A stretch of 63,871 bases of DNA, filler included, from Hyphochytrium catenoides (GCA_900088475.1; 9 parts of 9 records of this genome joined end to end with filler, not necessarily neighbours in it); one strand, 5' to 3'. Counted from the first letter of the whole stretch, positions 38,018 to 53,963 are shown. Notes: generated from the sequence alone by a model not told the origin. Made by a program: numbers and translations.

Positions 38018-39059
38018 CGGAGAGGAGAAGGGGGAAGGAAAGGAAGAGCGAGAGCGCTACCTGCAGCACTAAACGCCATAACGTTAGAAAAAGGGTCGAA
38101 GAAACCCAAGAACAGAGGCAAGAAGAAGAAGAAAGGCTCAGATTATAATCTTACTAGCACAACGACCAGTGAGGAGATAGATGAAGACGCATTGTTAGCA
38201 CAAGCAATCGTCGATAACACCTCGACCTATAGCATCAAGCCGGCTTCTTACAAGGTAAATTAGGGTCTGGGAACTCGGAGCTTTGGATCCACACTCGTAC
38301 TCATAGCAGCCATCCAAGTTTTCTAATATTCTCCTTTCCTCGATCCACTTTCCATCCTTCCTTGCTGACCCCATTCGTCTTTCGGAGGTTGCGTCTGCTC
38401 TCTGTGTTATGTTGGCATCTCACCTTCCTTGTACCTTTCACGTGTTTTGTTGCCGTACTCTGATACTAGTTAACGCTGAACTGCGTGCACAATGGAAAAG
38501 ACTTCCAAGTGAAGTGCCGAAGCGACGACACAGTGCTGCAGTTAAAGGACCAAATCACCCAGCATCTTGGGTTCCCCCCGACTAATCAGGTAAGCAAGAT
38601 CTGACAGATTTCGCGTCAGAGAAGGCAAACAAAGCACCATGAAGAGAACAAAGAAACATCTATGCTGTGCAAGGAACAGCCACCCATCATGATATTTCGA
38701 GCTAACCACTGCATGAAGCGTTTAGTCTTCAGAGGCAAGGTCTTGGGCAAGGATGAAGAACGATTAGCAGAAAGAGGGCTCAAGAATAACTCCCATGTCA
38801 CAGTCCACTTCGTGCTGAGAGCTACCAAGCAGGTGAGAGTGCAAACTCTTCTGGAGAAAAGTTGTAGGACCGAGTCATCTGTTTCAACTTATATGACATA
38901 GCGCCAAGACGCTTTTCGGCCTGTTGCCTTTACTGAGAGATATAGAAACGCGAGACTTAACTTTACCTATCGCTAACTCGTGTATGGTTGCTTCTTAGGC
39001 GGGATCCAGCCCTGATGATGCTAAGGATCCGGAGCCGTTACCTCATACCAAGGCCGCTG
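38018..39059 (+). CDS. Ubiquitin-like domain protein (5' structure unresolved, 3' truncated at contig edge)
   Basis: Spliced exons give ...EEIDEDALLAQAIVDN...SYK|LTLNCVHNGKDFQVKCRSDDTVLQLKDQITQHLGFPPTNQ|RLVFRGKVLGKDEERLAERGLKNNSHVTVHFVLRATKQ|AGSSPDD, a beta-grasp UBL pattern with no terminal di-Gly. Confidence 0.7.
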
Positions 39060-39519
39060 GTAAGGGAGAGCGCNNNNNNNNNNNNNNNNNNNNNNNNNNN
39101 NNNNNNNNNNNNNNNNNTTAATTAATTAANNNNNNNNNNNNNNNNNNNNNNNNNNNNNNNNNNNNNNNNNNNNCGTTAACGGATACTCGAGAAGCGATCT
39201 GATTGGTCAACGACTGGGATTCCCGTTAGGGGCTCTAAAGCGATAGAGTTGCTCCACCGGCAATGGAGTCAAGTCCAGAAACTTCTATCTCTCGCCCCAG
39301 AAAGCAACTTTGCTGCTGAAACACAGACAAACCTAGCACAAAATAAACTCAGATCAAGCCAAACCCATTGCATCTGATTCACATAGCTTTAGTGTTCAAA
39401 ATCACACTAAAATGAAAACCCACGACTGCCTGCAATAGAGACTGAGAGCCGTCAACCGATAAAGACGGTCTCTATTCAGGTACAAAATAGAGACTCACTA
39501 ACCGGCAACGTGCTTGGGT

Positions 39520-39616
39520 ATGAAAGCTATATAGCGATAGAGACCCCCGGTGGAGCAACTTTTTCACATGAAAGTTTATATAACGATAGAGATAGCGATA
39601 GAGACCCCCGGTGGAG
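39520..39616. repeat. Direct repeat ATAGCGATAGAGACCCCCGGTGGAG x2 within an imperfect tandem duplication
   Basis: Exact 25-mer at 39531-39555 and 39592-39616. Confidence 0.85.
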
Positions 39617-40234
39617 ATGCTCTTGTTTATGCCGGGTACTGGGTGGGATCCCCTCTCCCAAACCCGCTTGCCAGCCCTCGCTCATTTATTTGGAATCCTA
39701 CGCGGAAGATCGGAAGATGGCGAAATCCGACGATCTGCTTACCTGCTTAGCGGTTTTGAGAAGAACCGCCTAGTAGCAGCCGGGGAGTTCCTGAAGATCG
39801 ATGGCAATGGAGCTTTCGCATTGGATTACGACCCGCTAAAAAAAGTGAGAACATGGTTCCGTTCAATTGACCAACAACACTCTACAGCCGCGGGCTGTAG
39901 TAGACAGATGAGCTCAACCTCAACCTGTGCTGAAATATCTGTTCATCAGCTCACCGCCTTCTGCTGCGCTCTCTCTCTTTCTATCTGTCTCTGCGTCTCG
40001 CTGTCTCTCTCTTTCTCTCTCCTCTCTCTGTTTGTTTCTCTCCCCCTCTATCTTTTTAGGATTTGCTCACTCTGTCCTCTGTCTCTCTCTCTCTCTCTCT
40101 CTGTTTCTCTCCGTGTCTCTCTCTCTGTTTCTCTCTGTGTCTCTCTCGCTCTGTGTCTCTCTGTCTCGCTGCCTCTCCTCTCTCTGTCCCTCTCTCTCTC
40201 TCTATCTGTCTCTGCGTCTCGCTGTCTCTCTCTT

Positions 40235-40279
<45 letters not shown>

Positions 40280-40527
40280 GTCTCTCTTCCCCCTAGCTTT
40301 TTAGGGTTTGCTCACGCTGTCTCTGTCGTCTGTCTCTCTCTATCTCTTCTCTGTCTCACTCTCTGTCTCTATCTGTCTCTCTTGGTCGCTCACTGACTGA
40401 CTGACACTCTCTCTCTCTCCCTCTCTTTCTCTCTCTCTCTCTCTCTCTCTGTGTGTTTCTTTCTCTCTCTCTCTCTGTTTCTCTCTCTCTCTCTGTTTCT
40501 CTCTCTCTCTGTTTCTCTCTCTCTGTT

Positions 40528-40562
<35 letters not shown>

Positions 40563-42259
40563 CTCTGTCTCTTACCTGCTCTCTCCATTACGGACGAAGA
40601 GACTCTTCATATCTGCTAATGGTGTCCGTCGTCCCTATTATTGGTGTTAGCATAGCCTTCGAAAAGGCGGAAGGCAGCATCCCAGAGCAGCGCTTCATAA
40701 TAATATGTCCTCCTCCTTCCTATCCACCTACGGAGCGCCGTCCCGCCGCGAACAACGCGCGCGGTGGTGGCTACTAATAGCAGTGGTCGGTGGTGGCATT
40801 GTCTTCGCTTGCTGGTGACTGAGTCAACAAGGCACACCTCATATAATACAACGTTTCATCGTAGGCAACAACTGGCTTTCGACTAGCACCAGAATAATCT
40901 GATGGTAGTATGTATGTGAGGCCTGATAACTGATCGATGAGAAGAGAAAGTGAGCATGCACGACGCTGCATGCATCATCATCCAGCAGCTTATCATCCCA
41001 CCACCAGCGGAAGATGATGAGGCAACAACAAAAAATTAGCTCTGAAGCAGCTTCTGAAACACGCAACATGTCACCCGCAATTTCTCTTGTTGATTCTCTT
41101 CTTACGGTTGGTTAATAAACAATAAATGAATGTTTGACTCTGCTATCTTCACACTTCCGTCCACAGTTCACCTAGATTGACCCATTTTGAGATTGTGAAA
41201 ATGAAGCATCAAGGGTTGTACTTTTATTTAGTTACTAGTTGGAGAAACTAATAAGCGGAGAAACTACATACTAGACGTTATGCATAGCCTACGAGTACTG
41301 TGTCCTCTCTTCGTACTCTTCCTCTTCCACTTTCTTCTCGTCTTGCCACTGCTGTNNNNNNNNNNNNNNNNNNNNNNNNNNNNNNNNNNNNNNNNNNNNT
41401 TAATTAATTAANNNNNNNNNNNNNNNNNNNNNNNNNNNNNNNNNNNNNNNNNNNNGATAAAGTGAAAGCCCAGGCAAGGTTGAGATAGCTAAAGCGCTTG
41501 GTTGTAGTATACGCAGGAAAGGAGAGAGACCAACGAGAAAGGGCCTTTGTGAGAGTTTTGGGGAGAGTTGCAAGGAGTGCGAGGATCTGTTAAGGTTGAC
41601 TGCTCTTCCGCCTTGAGGTGACTAAACTTCTCCCAGGCTGAGAGGAGATAGGAAGGCCGGCAAATAGAGTGATGAAGAGAGCGGTAAGAGGATGGGCAAG
41701 TCCGGAGTGATTTTCTCTCTCTTCTCCTCTTGGTTACCTTTCTCACAGTTTGCGTACTTTACGGCGCGTTCTAAGCGCTCAAAGTATCAAGGAGCGCTGA
41801 GGGTGAAAAGAAGAAGGGAAGGAGAGATAGAAGAGGATGCGCTGGAGTGAGGTTGGATGGGCTTCGCTCCGGTATCCACGTTCCTCAGTCTGGTCTCCCA
41901 ATAAAAAAAAGATAGAGGCAGGAAATATCAACAGGCCAAAATTCTGAGAGGAGGAAAGATGTGGGATGTCGCACTAAGCGATGAAGGCGAACTAAGGAAA
42001 AGACTTTTGAGTGAGTGCGGTGTGAGATAGTGAGAGAGAGAGCAGAGAAAGTGGAGGAGATAGAAGGGCGAAGGGAGAGTGAGAGAGACAAGCGAGATGG
42101 CGAGGGGAATGAGACAGAGATAGATAGAAAGGAACAAAGGGACAGAGACAACGCAAGCGCGGAACTGAGGGAGATATGAAGCAAGGAGGGAGACAGAGAG
42201 AGCGCGAGAGACAGAGAGAAAGACAGACAGAGCGAGGAAGAGAGGAGCCTCCTCCACCT

Positions 42260-43402
42260 TCATGTCAGTTTGTAACACCTCACCCATCCATCAATAACTG
42301 TAACGGCCATTGGGAGCAACAAAGTCAAAGGTGATGGGAGATCAATAGCTGATTACCCAATAAGTGATTTCTCAAATGATTCTTTCATTGATCGTAGAAC
42401 ATTTGCCTCCTCAGCAGCAGCAAGTGGATAACCTTGCTGATCAAGAGCATTGTTGGCTAGAGGCAGATCGTCATAGCCCTAAGCAGGAGGATATGCCTTC
42501 AGTAGGGATGACCGGTCGCGTGGCTGAGCTCAATTTATCAGCTCTGGGAAAGGCCTTTCCACACACTCCTGGTAATTGGCTGCAGAGCAGACCAGAGGAA
42601 GCCAGTCATGCATCTATATGGGGTACAATCCAACTTTGGACCGGACCGACTTGGCGGGCAGCTGGGTGGCTTAGATGGCCATTCAGCCATAGGTTGCGCT
42701 GTCCGTGCTTATGAGTATAGGTATGAGTGTGAAACGCTTGGGCTCTGTAGTGGGGTGTGACTTCTGTACCATCAGTGATGAAAGATAATGAAACATTTAG
42801 TCGATTGACGGAGGGATGACAATTGTCCCCATTGTTAACGCAGAACAAAGTTTCCGTCAGGCACATTAAAATCAAAAATCACTTCTAGCAACGATGTTGG
42901 TCCGTTGAAACTGTGAGGAGTGGCAGCATAGCGCTGTATGGCACCAATATCTCTGCTAAAGTACCACCTGATCACCGCTTCCATGGGCCTTGTACTGGCG
43001 AGGCTGCCGCATCTGCTGATGCGAGTTGCTGCCATTGATATTCCTATAGTAGGAGTCTGCGTCGTCGTCATTAACCTCAAGATTAGAGGGAGAAAACGTG
43101 TACATTTGTGAAGATGAGGCAGTTGAGTCTGTCTCAGGCTGATAGCGGCCCAAATAAGGGCTCCTTGTCATAGGTGCAGGTGCCGCCAGTAAAGCATTCT
43201 GTCCTTGGTAGTTTGTACTCCCAGGAGGCAAGCGCGCATTGCTAGAAGCTGTCTGCGGTAAGTGGTGCTGCGGATAGGCCTGGTATCCGGAAGGCGTTGC
43301 TTGCTCTTGATGGACAGGACCTCCTTGAGGAACATCTTGAGAGTAATTGGCAGTGGGTCCAGCTCCCACACGCTGTTGAACGTAGCCCACATTTTGGCGC
43401 TC
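42260..43402 (-). pseudogene. Decayed intronless coding remnant (Q/P/Y-rich N-terminal part), possibly element-derived
   Basis: ORF 42956-43390 is followed by stop-interrupted, frameshifted coding-like text (e.g. ELIN*AQPRDRSSLLKAYPPA*GYDDLPLANNALDQQGYP...KSLIG*SAID). No microsatellite and no diagnostic domain seen. Confidence 0.35.
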
Positions 43403-43502
43403 NNNNNNNNNNNNNNNNNNNNNNNNNNNNNNNNNNNNNNNNNNNNTTAATTAATTAANNNNNNNNNNNNNNNNNNNNNNNNNNNNNNNNNNNNNNNNNN
43501 NN

Positions 43503-46962
<3,460 letters not shown>

Positions 46963-47322
46963 GTACTTCTCTTCCTTCCTCAATCAATCAGCTCTCTCTC
47001 TCTTTCGTCCTTTCAGGATATCCCTTCTTTCTCTTTTCGTCTCTTTCATTGTGCTCTAAGGGCCTTCCTGTCTCTCGATAAACCGTCTACTCTGACGCTT
47101 CCCTCTCTCTCTCTCTTGTCTCATCTTCCTCTCGTTTGCCCTCTCCTTCCTTGTTCACTCAGCAGCAACAGAAAAGGGGAAGAGATTCTTCTTAAAGCAA
47201 AAAACAATAGAGAAATACTCTGTTTCCCGGATAATACTTTTTCTAGAGAGGATGGCTCATGTAGAGAAAGCAATTAGAGAGAAAGGAAGGGAAAGTGAAG
47301 CACATCCAGGGGAGAAGAGAAG

Positions 47323-47365
<43 letters not shown>

Positions 47366-47493
47366 AAGAGTCACTAACACCAGGGGCAAGAACTGCTTCT
47401 TATTCTCTACGAGAGCTACCCGTTTCTAACCTACACTGCTAAGGGCAGAGAGAAAGAAGAGAGCTCTGACTAGAGGGAAATAGTCTGAAGTTG

Positions 47494-47525
<32 letters not shown>

Positions 47526-47575
47526 TTGTGCTCAAGGAGCATGACAGCCGCCATTTATCTTCTTGTCTATGTCTC

Positions 47576-48445
47576 CTAGTGTTCTATCCCAAACGGATTG
47601 GTCACCGCCTTCATCTCATGCAAGACCTTCTTTGCCACCTTCAGTCTCTTCTTCAACAGCCTTCTCTCTTTCTCCTCTTTCTCTCTCTCTTCCTCCCCTG
47701 CCTTGCCAGCAGCAACAGCAGAAGAAGAGAGAGGGAGAGTGCGAAGATGCTCGTGAAGAAAGAGACCCACACCATCTCTCACGAGCTCGCCGTCTTTACT
47801 CCCTGCGATCCTGCCAAACACTTCCATTACCTGCTCGTCTGTCTCGCAAGAGAGAAGAAGAGAAGTGAAGAGTATCTTCAAAAAGAGGAGACTCTTCTTC
47901 TCGAGCTCTGCAAAATTGATGGCCTTAAGAATGGCGAGAGAGAGAGAGAAGTCACGCAGCAAGAAAGAGAGAAACTTCGCCACGTTGCTGAGCTTCCTCG
48001 GGGCAAACGTCTCTATCTGCTTGAAGAAGTCCCAGAGAGAGAGTTGGAAAGAGAACTTGAAGCGCGAGTGATAGGCGCAGAGCTTGGAGGCCAGCAGGGC
48101 ATAGAAAGGATTAGAAGACTGCTCTTGTCCGCAACAATGAAGAAGAACGCGCGGGATCTCTCTCTCTGTCTGCTCCTTCAGTCTCAGACGGAGAAGCTTT
48201 TCAAAGGCATCCTCATAGTCCTCGCTGCCCATGATCACGCAGAAGATGGACCGTCTGACGTCCGAGTTCATCCTTTGCTGGCTGGCCGCCTTGAGAAGCT
48301 TCTCGTCTAGGACCGTGGCGGCCTGGTTAGTCTTTGCCTGCTTGGCTGTGAATCGTGAGGGAAGGGGAGAGCGAGAGAAAGAGAGAGAAGGTGAGGGACA
48401 GCCAGAGAGGAAAGCCAGAGAGAGAGAGAGAGAAGGAAAGAGAGG

Positions 48446-48479
<34 letters not shown>

Positions 48480-48747
48480 AAAAGAGACAGAGAGAGAGAG
48501 AGAGAGAGAAGAGGGCCGAGGTCAGGATGCGCATTGTTACCCAAGTGGAAAGGAGTAAAGGAAAAAATCGCAAGGGGAAGGTGGCAGGGAAGGTAAGAAA
48601 AGAGAGAGAGAAAGAAAAGACGAGAGAAAAGAAAAAAATCGTGGTAACCTTTGGCAGAGGAGGAGAGGCAGAGGAAACCTAAACGAGGAGGAGGGCGTGA
48701 CAGCGATAGAGTTCTAACACAAAGGACACTTTATTAGAGCTTGCAAC

Positions 48748-48787
<40 letters not shown>

Positions 48788-50665
48788 GACAAGAGAGAGA
48801 GCAAATAAGAAAAAAGAATTAGGCGGGAGAAGCAAAAAAGAGAGACACGAACAGAATGTCTCTTACCGGGATTACCTGCGGTCCCTTCCTTAGCAGAATT
48901 CCCCCTTCCAACCCACGTCCCGCCCACGATCCACCATCTTCCTCTCTCTTCCGCGTGAAGAAGATCCTCCCAAGAGACTCTCAGGCATTTGTCTCCTCCT
49001 CCTCCGCCTGCTCTCGACTTCAGTCTCCCTAGAAGCTTTCTTAGACGTTGCACACGCTGCAGCTCTACCTCCTGCTGCTGCTTCTTCTTGTTCCTCTTCA
49101 CGGCGTAGATCATGTCTAACATCACCTGCACGCGCACTCTGGACACGCCAGGAGAGAGAGAAGAGCCGGTACTTTCTCCCTTCTCTCTCCCGAGCTTTCC
49201 TCCCTTGTTCTCAGCAGAGAGAACCTCTTGAGCCTTTGCCTGGATAAGACTTAGGATCTCTTTCAATGTCTCTGCATCGTCCATCCTCAGCTGGGCGCCG
49301 CAGTGCTTCATCAGAACCACCAGCAGCTCAATGTCTTCTGTCTTGAAAGAAGAGAGAAGGAGACGGATGATATCATGGACAAGACCAGAGTGAACGACTC
49401 CAAAGGAGAAGAGATGAGAGAGAAAGAGAAGAAGATTCGCGGCCACCTTGGAGCTTCCTCCATAAGCGCCTCCTCCTTGCTCTGTCTCTCTCTCTCCTCT
49501 CTCTCTCAAGCGTAAGAGCTCTTTCTGGAACTCTTTGCACGCACTTTCAAGGAGAAAACTTCCTACTTCTGTCCCCACTGTCACGTGCAGCGCCGCCCCC
49601 AGCGCAGCGACTGTGGAGACGAGAGAAGAGACGATCTGCAATTCATTTTCTATGGACTGGAGCAGCTTCTTGGTCAGGAGATGGTTGACGGTCTGCTTGC
49701 TGTTGGAGGCATAGAGCTTCTGAAGCTCTAAGGTCAATGGCTCGATGTTCTCCTCTGCCACTTTGTTGAGAAGACCGTTTATCTCTCTCGAGAGAAGGCG
49801 TGTCTTTTCATCCTCTTCTTGCCCTTTCTCTCCTGCTGCGGCTCTTCTTAGGTGGGGCGGGAGATACTTTGAGGTGGAGGCTGTGGAGGCTGCCTGGGAG
49901 GAGAGAAGAGAAGAGACGTCTGGTTGGGCTGATTCCTCTCTCTCGCTCTCTTCATGTCTCTCTTTCTTTGAGCTTCTGTCTTTCTCCTCTTCATCTTCCT
50001 CTTCACTCTTATCGTCTCTCTCTCCTTCCCCATCCTCACTCTCTTCTTCTTTGCTTTCTCCTTCTTCCTCTTCGCTTTCCAGGTTGTCTGTTAAGATCTT
50101 GCCATCGTTCTCCAATCCCTCTTCTTCCTCACTCCCCTCTTCTTCTTCTTCGTCTTCTTCTTCTCTCTCTTCTTCTTCTTCCTCTCTCTCTTTCTTCTCG
50201 TCTTCTTCTTCTTCCTCTTCTTCTCCCTCAAAGTCTTCCAAGTCTTCCTCTTCGACATCTTCATCGTCAGTGGGAAGGTCTTGGAACTGTTCGAAGAGAG
50301 CCCAATCTTCCTTTTGAATCTTCCTCAGCTCCTCCATCGTCTCCGAGTCAGGCTCACTCTCTTCTTCTTCCTCTCTCTCTTCTTCCTCTCTCTCTCCTTC
50401 CTCTTCTTCTTCCTCCATTGAAGATTCTGACTGCTCTTCCTCTCTCTCTTTCTCTCTTCTCTCTTGATCCTGCTTCTTCTTATTCTTCTTTAGAGAGACA
50501 CTATCGTCTTTCTCTCTCTCTCCTTTGATGCTCTTCTCTATCCTGTCCAAGTCCATAAGGAAAGAGCCAAAGTCCTCTCCTAGGCCGTCCATAGCGTACT
50601 CACGGTTGAGACGAGAGACGCCTTTCTCTTCCTCTGCCCCCAGCTTCTTCTGAAGATAACTGATG
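47576..50665 (-). CDS. NOM1: Nucleolar MIF4G/MA3 domain protein NOM1/Sgd1 (5' truncated)
   Basis: Acidic N-terminus, KYLPPHLR, INGLLNKVAEENI (MIF4G), LRVSWEDLLHAEERGRWWIVGGTW. Intron 48346-48866, then QRMNSDVRRSIFCVIMGSEDYEDAFEKLLRL...FKFSFQLSLWDFFK (MA3). Confidence 0.93.
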
Positions 50666-50991
50666 NNNNNNNNNNNNNNNNNNNNNNNNNNNNNNNNNNN
50701 NNNNNNNNNTTAATTAATTAANNNNNNNNNNNNNNNNNNNNNNNNNNNNNNNNNNNNNNNNNNNNTCTCTCTTCTCACCCTCTCCTCTCTCTCTCTCTCT
50801 CTCTCTCTCCCTCTCTCTCTCTCTCTCCCCTTCTTCCACACACCACACACACACACTTCCTCCCTCCTCTCTTTCGCTCTCTCGCCTCCTCCCTTTCCTC
50901 TTTCTCTGTCTCTCTCTTTCTCTCTCTCTCTCACCCCTTTCTCTCTTCTCACCCTCTCCTCTCTCTCTCTCTCTCTCTTTCTCTCTTCTAG

Positions 50992-51173
50992 GCTGCTGGC
51001 GGAGGAAGGTCTCTCCTTTCTCTCTCCCTCTCTCCTGACGGTCAAGACGCCCACTGGCGGCAGCTACAGTGGTCCACCTGTCTCTCAGGACCGGAGCTGT
51101 GTGGTGTCTATTATTAGGGCGGGAGACGCCCTCGCCGCCAGTGTACAGGACTGTGAACCGGGCATTGCCGTCG

Positions 51174-51213
<40 letters not shown>

Positions 51214-52336
51214 AGAGAAGAGAGAGAGAGAAGGAGGAACTAAGAGAAAGGAAAGAGACGACAACGCTTCAAAAAGAGAAAGAGAGAGAGAAGATAGCGT
51301 TGGCCAGCGGGAGTTAGAGGAGAGAGAAAGCCTCAGGCATTAGAAGAAAGAAGAAGAAGGAAAAGACATGAAGCTAGAAAAACTGAAAGAAAGAGAGGAA
51401 GAAGAAGGAAAAAGGCTGCGGCTTGAGAGGAGAGACGAGAGACTTGTCAAGCCACAAGAGAGAGAAAGAGAGAAGTTGTTCCTATCCTCACTCTTTGCGT
51501 CCTCTCTTCCTCTCTGTCTCTCTCTTCTTCTCCTCCTTGCTTTTTCGTTCTCTCTCTCTCTTTCCTAATAAATCTGTCTCTCCCGCCACCACACTCTCTC
51601 TTTCTCTTTTTTTCGCTCTCTCTCTCTCTTTTTCAGGCCGGATCCTCATCCAGCGGGACGAGCGGACGGCTCTCCCTGTTCTTTTTTATAAAAAGCTTCC
51701 TCCCTCGATCGCGGGAATGAAAGTTCTGCTAGTTGACCCGATGCTGGCCACCGCAGGCAGTGCCCGCATGGCCGTGCAGGTGAGAAAGAGAGAGAGAGAG
51801 ACAGAGACAGAGAGAAAGAGAAAGAAAGAAGAGAGAAAAGAGGGAGGGAGGGAGAAAGAAGGAAAGAAAGAGAGTGAAGGAGAGAAGGAAAGAAGAGAGA
51901 GATGGAGAGAGAACGAACGAGAGAGAGAGAGAGAAAGAGAGAGGAAGACAGAGGAAGGCAGAGAGAGAGAGAGAGGCTGATAAGAAAGACAAGGAAAGGC
52001 TCGGGCTAACCTCCATCTGCACCCTTTCACTATTTCCTTTGACCCTTCTCTCCCTTCCTCTTTTCGGTCATTCTCTCTCTCTCTCTCCCTTCCGCTTTCC
52101 ACCCTCTCTCTATAGATCCTGCTCGACAGCGGTGTCTCTCTTGAAAATATTGTCTTCCTGTGCGTCGTGGCGGCTGTGGATGGGGTGGAGGCCCTCCAAG
52201 CCGCTTTCCCAGGTAAAAAAAGAAAAAATGAGAGAGAGAGAGAGAAAGAAAAATGATATTCTTTTCTCTTTTCCTGTTAATTACGGCCACTTTCTCTGTG
52301 TTACATCGTCTTCTGTCTCTCTCTCTCAAATAAACG

Positions 52337-52367
<31 letters not shown>

Positions 52368-52473
52368 AGGCCTCGTGATAGTTGCTGGGCAGCTGGATCC
52401 TGGGCTGGACGAAAGGAAATATATTGTGCCTGGGCTGGGAGACTATGGAGACAGATATTATAACACTTTATAA
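50992..52473 (+). CDS. UPRT: Uracil phosphoribosyltransferase (5' truncated)
   Basis: LLAEEGL..VKTPTG..VSIIRAGDAL..G|RILIQRDERTALP..FYKKLP..VLLVDPMLATAGSA (PRPP motif)..YIVPGLGDYGDRYYNTL*. Introns 51174-51636, 51780-52115 and 52213-52369. Confidence 0.95.
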
Positions 52474-52639
52474 CCAAGAGAGAGAGAGAGAAAGAGAGAA
52501 AGAGAGAGGAACATAATTGAGAGAAGAGAGAGAGGAGAGAAAGGAGAGAGAGAGGGAACGAAGAATCTGACAGGGCAGAACGGGAATTCCATAGAGGAGC
52601 AATACGAGAGAGAGAGAGAGACAGAGAGAGAGAGAGACA

Positions 52640-52675
<36 letters not shown>

Positions 52676-52986
52676 TAATCCAGGATGCGGTAGGGGAAGA
52701 GTCACGAAGAAAAGAAGGTGAGAAAGGAGAGAGAGAAGAGGTAAGGAGCCAAGGCTCTTTCGCATGTAAAACCATTTGACGAGGAAGAGAAAAGGAGAGA
52801 GAAAGGACAAGGAAGAAGCACGTGGAGAGAGAGAAGAGAGAAGAGAGAGGGAAGAAGTTGTTATTCGAAGAAGGTCACTCATATTTGACAAGGTGTTTTT
52901 AAATAGTCTTTCTGTTTGTTTGTCTCTCTATTGCTTAAGAGATGGAGAGAGAGAGAGAGAGAAAAAGAGAGAGAGTTGATGGAGTC

Positions 52987-53365
52987 CTAGTTGGCTTGTT
53001 TCTCTCGATCGTCTTCCTCCTCCTGAGGTTCTGTTTCTCTCTTTCTCTTCTTCGACGCGGCGCGCAAGGAGTCCAAATAGTCAAGAGAATATTTGTTTGC
53101 ATTGCATCTAGAAAGAGAGAAAAAGGAATAGGAAGAGAGAGAGAGAGAGATAGGCGTGTGTCAGGAATCTGAAAGCAGCGTAAGGGCAGATATGGGAGAA
53201 AGAGACGGGAGAGATCAAATAAAGAGAGAGATTACGAATTTCAGAGAAAGGCTTAACCAAAACAGAGAGAGAGAGACTGAGAAGAGAGACTGAGAGAGAG
53301 AGAGACTGAGAAAGAGAATAAGAGAACGACGGGAGAAAAGGACAAGAGGCACAAAAAAACAACAA

Positions 53366-53396
<31 letters not shown>

Positions 53397-53907
53397 CACA
53401 GCTTAGAGAGCTGCTCCTGGTGTTGAGCTATACTCTTCTGCAGCGCTCTAAAAGAGGAGAGACTCTCCAAAGGTCTCTCTCGCAATTTCTTTCCATGGAG
53501 AGAGAGAAGGAGAAGACTCCACCGCAAATAGAACTCAAGGTGAGGAGAGGCAGAGAGACGGACCGCAATGAAGCGAAGGAGACTAGGGAGAACAGAGAGG
53601 CAGCGGCAGAACAAGGGAGAGAGAGAGAGACAGAGAGCGAGAGAGAAGAAAGACAGAGAGAGAGAGAACGATTAGTAAATGGAGGGAGAAAGACGCAAGA
53701 GAGAAGTATAAGTGAAAGAGATGCGAAGTCAAAGAGAGAAGGAAGAGAGAGAGAGAAACAGAACAATTTTGAGCGAGAAGGAGGTCCATTTAAGCCAGTC
53801 AAGCCATCGCTACGACGTTACCGGGAGAGAGAAGAAAAGAGAAAGAAATAGGAGAAAAAGGGGAGAACGAGCGTGCGTGCACACGGTCCACAGAGAGAGA
53901 GAGGCAC

Positions 53908-53963
<56 letters not shown>

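Noticed and set aside
40297-40310. TTTTAGGGTTT telomere-like motif
   Set aside because: Single unit, no array.
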